Source: an uncultured Gemmatimonadales bacterium (GTDB lineage Bacteria > Gemmatimonadota > Gemmatimonadetes > Gemmatimonadales > GWC2-71-9). From it: a stretch of 64,000 bases of DNA. Below the pieces are notes generated by a model that was given only the letters and a program-made list of their open reading frames with translations, was not told the DNA's origin and ran no database searches. The translations under genes and the position numbers were made by a program. The DNA is taken from assembly GCA_963798915.1 (NCBI GenBank), contig CAWCVB010000014.1:128001-192000 (forward strand), read 5' to 3'. Positions 59,756 through 64,000 of this stretch are shown here, in pieces (within the stretch, counting starts at the first letter, position 1; the number at the start of each line of letters is the position of its first letter).

Positions 59756-60239
59756 GTCTCTTCTCCGCGACGTGGAATGCTTCGACCAGCCGTTTGCGTG
59801 CCCGAGCCAGCGTGGTACCGATGGCTCCCCGGGCGAGGCCCAGGCTGGACGCGATCTCGTCATAACTGAATCCTTCGGCCTTCAATAACAATGCTTCGCG
59901 GTCGCGCTCGTTCAGGAGCGCGAGGGCCGCGTGAACCGACGCCTGACGTTCGGAGCGCTCGAATTCCGCATCTGGCGCTGGAGCCGATTGGGGCATCTCG
60001 GCCTTGAGCAGTTGCAGCCGGCGGCCCTGGCGAACTGACCGGCGGCCATCCTCCCGCACCAGGTTAAGCGCCACCGCAAACAGCCAGGGTCTCGGGTTCA
60101 TTGGCGGAGCCTCGACCGCCCGCGCAAAGGTCTCCTGGGCCAGTTCTTCGGCACGATCATGGTCGCCGGTACGGCGCCAGAGCATGCGGACCAGCGGGGC
60201 GTAGTAGAGTTCGAACAACCGGCCTGTATCCTGGCTCAT
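59742..60239 (-). CDS. ECF RNA polymerase sigma factor
   Basis: AEELAQETF, WLFAVALN, REALLL..EGFSYDEIA...LARARKRL. Confidence 0.93.
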   Translation of the reverse strand: MSQDTGRLFELYYAPLVRMLWRRTGDHDRAEELAQETFARAVEAPPMNPRPWLFAVALNLVREDGRRSVRQGRRLQLLKAEMPQSAPAPDAEFERSERQASVHAALALLNERDREALLLKAEGFSYDEIASSLGLARGAIGTTLARARKRLVEAFHVAEKRHAAS

Positions 60240-60412
60240 TACCGTGGGTTCCGGGTTCGAGGATCCTGCATCTGCCGGGTCCGCATGAAGGCAAGATGGC
60301 CGGGAGATGCGCCGGACAGGGAAAGTTGCACAGCCCGGCTGCTCGCCGGCTCCCATAACGCATATATATTCAAGGTCTTAGCCAACGGTATTTCGCCAGC
60401 ATGGAGCAGCGC

Positions 60413-61534
60413 ATGACCAGCACCCTCCCGGCCACCGGGCACGCCACCGACACCTTCCCGATCAACGGGACGGATTACATCGAGTTCTACGTCGGGAATG
60501 CCAAGCAGGCCAGCGTCTACTATCGCGCCGCCTTCGGCTACCAACTGGTGGCCTATCGCGGCCCCGAGACTGGAACCCGCGATCGCGCCAGCTATGTCCT
60601 GCAGCAGGACAAGGTCAGGCTGGTCCTGACGTCGCCGCTGTCGCCCGACGGGCCGATCGCCGACGAACTCCGCCTGCACGGAGACGGGGTCAAGGACCTC
60701 GCGCTCTGGGTTGACGACGCGCGCGATGCCTTCCAGAAGGCGGTCGACCGCGGTGCCAAGGTGGCGTATGAGCCGCAGGTGCTCAACGACGACGACGGCC
60801 AGGTCATCATTGCCGGCATCCGGACCTATGGTGACACGATTCACTCGCTCGTCGAGCGGCGGAATTACCGTGGGTCGTTCATGCCTGGTTTCCGCCCTGC
60901 CGAGTCACGATTTGCGCCGGCACCCACCGGGCTCAAGTACGTGGACCACTGTGTCGGCAACGTCGAACTCGGGAAGATGAACGAGTGGGTCGGTTTTTAC
61001 GAAAAGGTACTGGGGTTCTACAATCTCATCTCGTTCGACGACAAGGCCATCAGCACCGAGTATTCGGCCCTGATGTCCAAGGTGGTCGCCAATGGCAACG
61101 GCCGCATCAAGTTCCCGCTCAATGAGCCGGCCGAAGGCCGGAAGAAGAGCCAGATTGATGAATATCTCGAGTTCTATCATGGACCCGGGTGCCAGCACAT
61201 TGCCGTTGCCACGGATGACATCGTCAAGACCGTCTCCAGTCTGCGCGATCGAGGGGTCGAGTTCCTTCGGGTCCCGGCGGCGTACTACGATTCGGTGCTG
61301 GACCGTGTGGGCCACATCGACGAAGATATCGTGCCGCTCAGGGACCTCGGCATCCTGGTGGACCGGGATGACGAGGGATACCTGCTGCAGATCTTCACCA
61401 AGCCAGTCGAGGACCGGCCGACACTGTTCTACGAAATCATCCAGCGCAAGGGCGCCAAGAGTTTCGGCGCCGGCAACTTCAAGGCCCTGTTCGAGGCCAT
61501 CGAGCGCGAACAGGCCGAGCGCGGGAACCTCTGA
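60413..61534 (+). CDS. hppD: 4-hydroxyphenylpyruvate dioxygenase
   Basis: DYIEFYVGNAKQA, DHCVGN, SQIDEYL, QHIA, LLQIFT, FGAGNFKALFEAIE. Confidence 0.98.
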   Translation: MTSTLPATGHATDTFPINGTDYIEFYVGNAKQASVYYRAAFGYQLVAYRGPETGTRDRASYVLQQDKVRLVLTSPLSPDGPIADELRLHGDGVKDLALWVDDARDAFQKAVDRGAKVAYEPQVLNDDDGQVIIAGIRTYGDTIHSLVERRNYRGSFMPGFRPAESRFAPAPTGLKYVDHCVGNVELGKMNEWVGFYEKVLGFYNLISFDDKAISTEYSALMSKVVANGNGRIKFPLNEPAEGRKKSQIDEYLEFYHGPGCQHIAVATDDIVKTVSSLRDRGVEFLRVPAAYYDSVLDRVGHIDEDIVPLRDLGILVDRDDEGYLLQIFTKPVEDRPTLFYEIIQRKGAKSFGAGNFKALFEAIEREQAERGNL

Positions 61535-61626
61535 CCCTGCGCCCCGACGCGTGTATGTCCTGTGAGGACGGCCCGCGGGCCGCCCATACCATGCTGGGAG
61601 AGCGACGAAACTGAAGGAGTAGTCCC

Positions 61627-62820
61627 ATGCCGATCTATCACACGCTGGGCCAGATCCCGCCCAAGCGACACACGGTCTTCCGGCGCCCCGACGGGGGGCT
61701 GTACGCCGAGGAGCTCATGGGACACGAAGGGTTCCATGGCACCTCGTCACTGCTGTACCACACGCACCCGCCAACTACCGTTAAGTCAGCCAGGCGCCTC
61801 CGCGAGGTGCGATGGGAAAAGGATGACGACACCTCGTTGCGCCACCGCCACTTCAAGACGGCGCTGGTGAAGCAGGGCGGCAGCCCCACGCTGGATCGGG
61901 TGCCCATCCTGTTCAACGACGAAGTGGCCATGCTCTATGTCGAACCGGACGAGATCGACGCGCACTTCTATCGCAATTCACAAGCTGATGAAGTGGTGTA
62001 TGTCGTCGAAGGCAGCGGCGTGCTGGAATCCCCGTTTGGCGACCTGCCGTATCGTGCGGGGGACTACGTAGTCATTCATCGCAACATCCTGCACCGGTGG
62101 CGACTGGATGCCAATGCCGGGCCCTCCAAGATGCTCGTCATCGAGAGCCGCGGGCACGTCCGTTTCCCCAAGCGCTACCAGAATGACGTCGGGCAGCTGG
62201 TGGAGGGGGCGCCCTATTCCGAACGCGACATGCGGCGTCCCACGGAGCTGCGCACGCATGATGAGACCGGCGATTTCCGGATCCTGGTCAAGCAGTACAA
62301 TGCCATCAATGAGTTGATACTCGATCACCATCCCTTCGACGTGGTCGGCTGGGATGGGTATTTCTATCCCTGGATCTTCAATATCCACGACTTCGAGCCG
62401 ATCGTGGGCCGGATCCATCAGCCACCGCCGGTGCACCAAACGTTCCAGGGTGACGGCTTCGTCATCTGCAGCTTCTGTCCCCGGCCGTACGACTTCGACC
62501 CGAATGCCGTGCCGGCGCCCTACAATCACAGCAACGTCGACTCGGATGAAGTGCTGTTCTATGCGTCCAGTGAGTTCATGAGCCGGAAGGGCATCGAATA
62601 CGGCAGCATAACCCACCATCCGGACGGCTTGCCGCACGGGCCGCATCCCGGCCGTGCCGAGGCAAGCATTGGCGCCAAGTTCACCAACGAACTCGCGGTC
62701 ATGATGGACTCCTTCCGGCCGCTGCACGTGGCCAAGGCGGCCATCGAGTTCGAAGACGAGTCCTATCACCGGAGCTGGGTGGACCAGCAGCACGCGCAGT
62801 TCAACCCGCCCACCTCGTGA
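61627..62820 (+). CDS. hmgA: Homogentisate 1,2-dioxygenase
   Basis: PPKRHT, HPFDVVGWDG, IHQPPPVH, HSNVDSDE, HGPHP, ELAVMMD. Confidence 0.95.
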   Translation: MPIYHTLGQIPPKRHTVFRRPDGGLYAEELMGHEGFHGTSSLLYHTHPPTTVKSARRLREVRWEKDDDTSLRHRHFKTALVKQGGSPTLDRVPILFNDEVAMLYVEPDEIDAHFYRNSQADEVVYVVEGSGVLESPFGDLPYRAGDYVVIHRNILHRWRLDANAGPSKMLVIESRGHVRFPKRYQNDVGQLVEGAPYSERDMRRPTELRTHDETGDFRILVKQYNAINELILDHHPFDVVGWDGYFYPWIFNIHDFEPIVGRIHQPPPVHQTFQGDGFVICSFCPRPYDFDPNAVPAPYNHSNVDSDEVLFYASSEFMSRKGIEYGSITHHPDGLPHGPHPGRAEASIGAKFTNELAVMMDSFRPLHVAKAAIEFEDESYHRSWVDQQHAQFNPPTS

Positions 62821-62863
62821 TGGTCGGCGGTGCGCGGCGGCGTGCCGCTGGCTATGGGGCGGC

Positions 62864-64000
62864 GTGACCGCACCGGTCTGGGTGCCGTCGCCCGGCCGAG
62901 TCGAGCGAGCCAATCTCACGCGTTTCGTCGCTGAGCGTCGGGCCGCCAGCGTGGATCTTCCTGACTACCCGGCGCTGTGGCGCTGGTCCATCCACGAACC
63001 CGCCGAGTTCTGGCCGGCGGTCTGGCGTTTCTGCGGCGTTGTCGCGGAGGAACGCGACGGCGCGTTGCCGTGGGAGCGCGTCGTGGTCGGGCAGGACCGG
63101 ATGGCGCCGCCCGACCCGGCGCAGGGTCCCATCTGGTTTCCGGGAGCCCGGCTCAATTTCGCCGAGAACCTCCTGCGATTCGATGACAGCCGCGAAGCCA
63201 TCGTGTCCTGGGATGAGGGCGGATTGGTTTCCCGCCTCTCGTTCGCGGAGCTCCGGGCCCAGGTGGCGAGGGCGGCCGCCGCCCTGTCCGCCGCGGGCGT
63301 CAGGACTGGCGACCGGGTTGCCGGCTACCTGCCCAACCTGTCCGAGGCCGTTGTCGCAATGCTCGGGGCCGCCTCGCTCGGCGCCATCTGGTCTTCCTGC
63401 TCCCCGGATTTCGGCACCGACGCCGTGATCGATCGGTTTGGCCAGATCGAGCCGCGCGTGCTGATTACGAGCGACGGACATCGATACGCCGGCAAGCGCA
63501 TCAGCCTGGTCGACCGGGTCCGGCAGCTGAGCGAACAGCTTCCATCGGTCGAGCGGGTGGTGGTGATCCCGTACGTTGGTGAGCCGGGTGCGATGGACCG
63601 CATCCCCGGCGCGGTCCTCTGGCAGGACTTCCTTGCGCCACACGCTGACCTGGCGGAGCCGGCGTTCGCCCGCCTTCCATTCGATCATCCGCTGTACATC
63701 ATGTATTCCTCTGGCACCACTGGGCTGCCCAAGTGCATGGTGCATGGGGCCGGGGGCACCCTGTTGCAGCATCTCAAGGAGCTCTCGCTGCACACTGACA
63801 TTACCCGGAATGACCGGGTCTTCTATTTCACCACGTGCGGCTGGATGATGTGGAACTGGGTTGTCTCGTCGCTGGCCCTTGGCGCCACGCTCGTCCTCTA
63901 TGACGGTGCGCCCCTCAAGCCTCGCGCGACGCAGCTCTGGGACATGGCGGAGGCGGAACAGCTCACGGTGTTCGGCACCAGCGCCAAGTACCTGGGGCTG
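62864..64000 (+). CDS. Acetoacetate--CoA ligase, partial (runs off window end)
   Basis: Manual translation: VTAPVWVPS...YPALWRWSI..P.EFW...WFPGARLNFAENLL...SSCSPDFG...IMYSSGTTGLPKCMVHG...GWMMWNW. Confidence 0.93.
   Translation, partial: MTAPVWVPSPGRVERANLTRFVAERRAASVDLPDYPALWRWSIHEPAEFWPAVWRFCGVVAEERDGALPWERVVVGQDRMAPPDPAQGPIWFPGARLNFAENLLRFDDSREAIVSWDEGGLVSRLSFAELRAQVARAAAALSAAGVRTGDRVAGYLPNLSEAVVAMLGAASLGAIWSSCSPDFGTDAVIDRFGQIEPRVLITSDGHRYAGKRISLVDRVRQLSEQLPSVERVVVIPYVGEPGAMDRIPGAVLWQDFLAPHADLAEPAFARLPFDHPLYIMYSSGTTGLPKCMVHGAGGTLLQHLKELSLHTDITRNDRVFYFTTCGWMMWNWVVSSLALGATLVLYDGAPLKPRATQLWDMAEAEQLTVFGTSAKYLGL

Overview
GC-rich bacterial chromosomal segment. The gene order and intergenic repeat style suggest Gemmatimonadota, but this is inference only. 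Housekeeping blocks: lepA-ROK-PfkB-HATPase-STAS-Cys/Met PLP enzyme; DUF58-BatA/VWA-mfd-PPIase-surA-pdxA; typA; tRNA-Ile(GAT); ECF sigma/anti-sigma-OmpA; hppD-hmgA-acetoacetate-CoA ligase. Accessory blocks: (i) a c-di-GMP-I (GEMM-I)-like riboswitch upstream of a Cys-rich surface lipoprotein and a DsbA, then S8 and M28 peptidases; (ii) a propeller/Y_Y_Y sensor kinase and NarL-type regulator, followed by a perfect palindrome and three exported proteins; (iii) a phage-type Sak4-like ATPase and a very acidic small protein beside tRNA-Ile; (iv) a quinone/thiol-stress cluster with an MhqR-like operator; (v) a complete 4-hydroxyproline catabolic operon with Tat-exported hydrolases and a GntR operator. 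No integrase, transposase, CRISPR array or rRNA was seen. At least five otherwise intact genes carry 1-2 nt frameshifts, which most likely reflects indel errors in the assembly. All calls come from reading motifs by eye; no database searches were run. The best candidates for undescribed systems are the riboswitch-adhesin-DsbA module and the STAS/HATPase partner-switch pair in the lepA operon.
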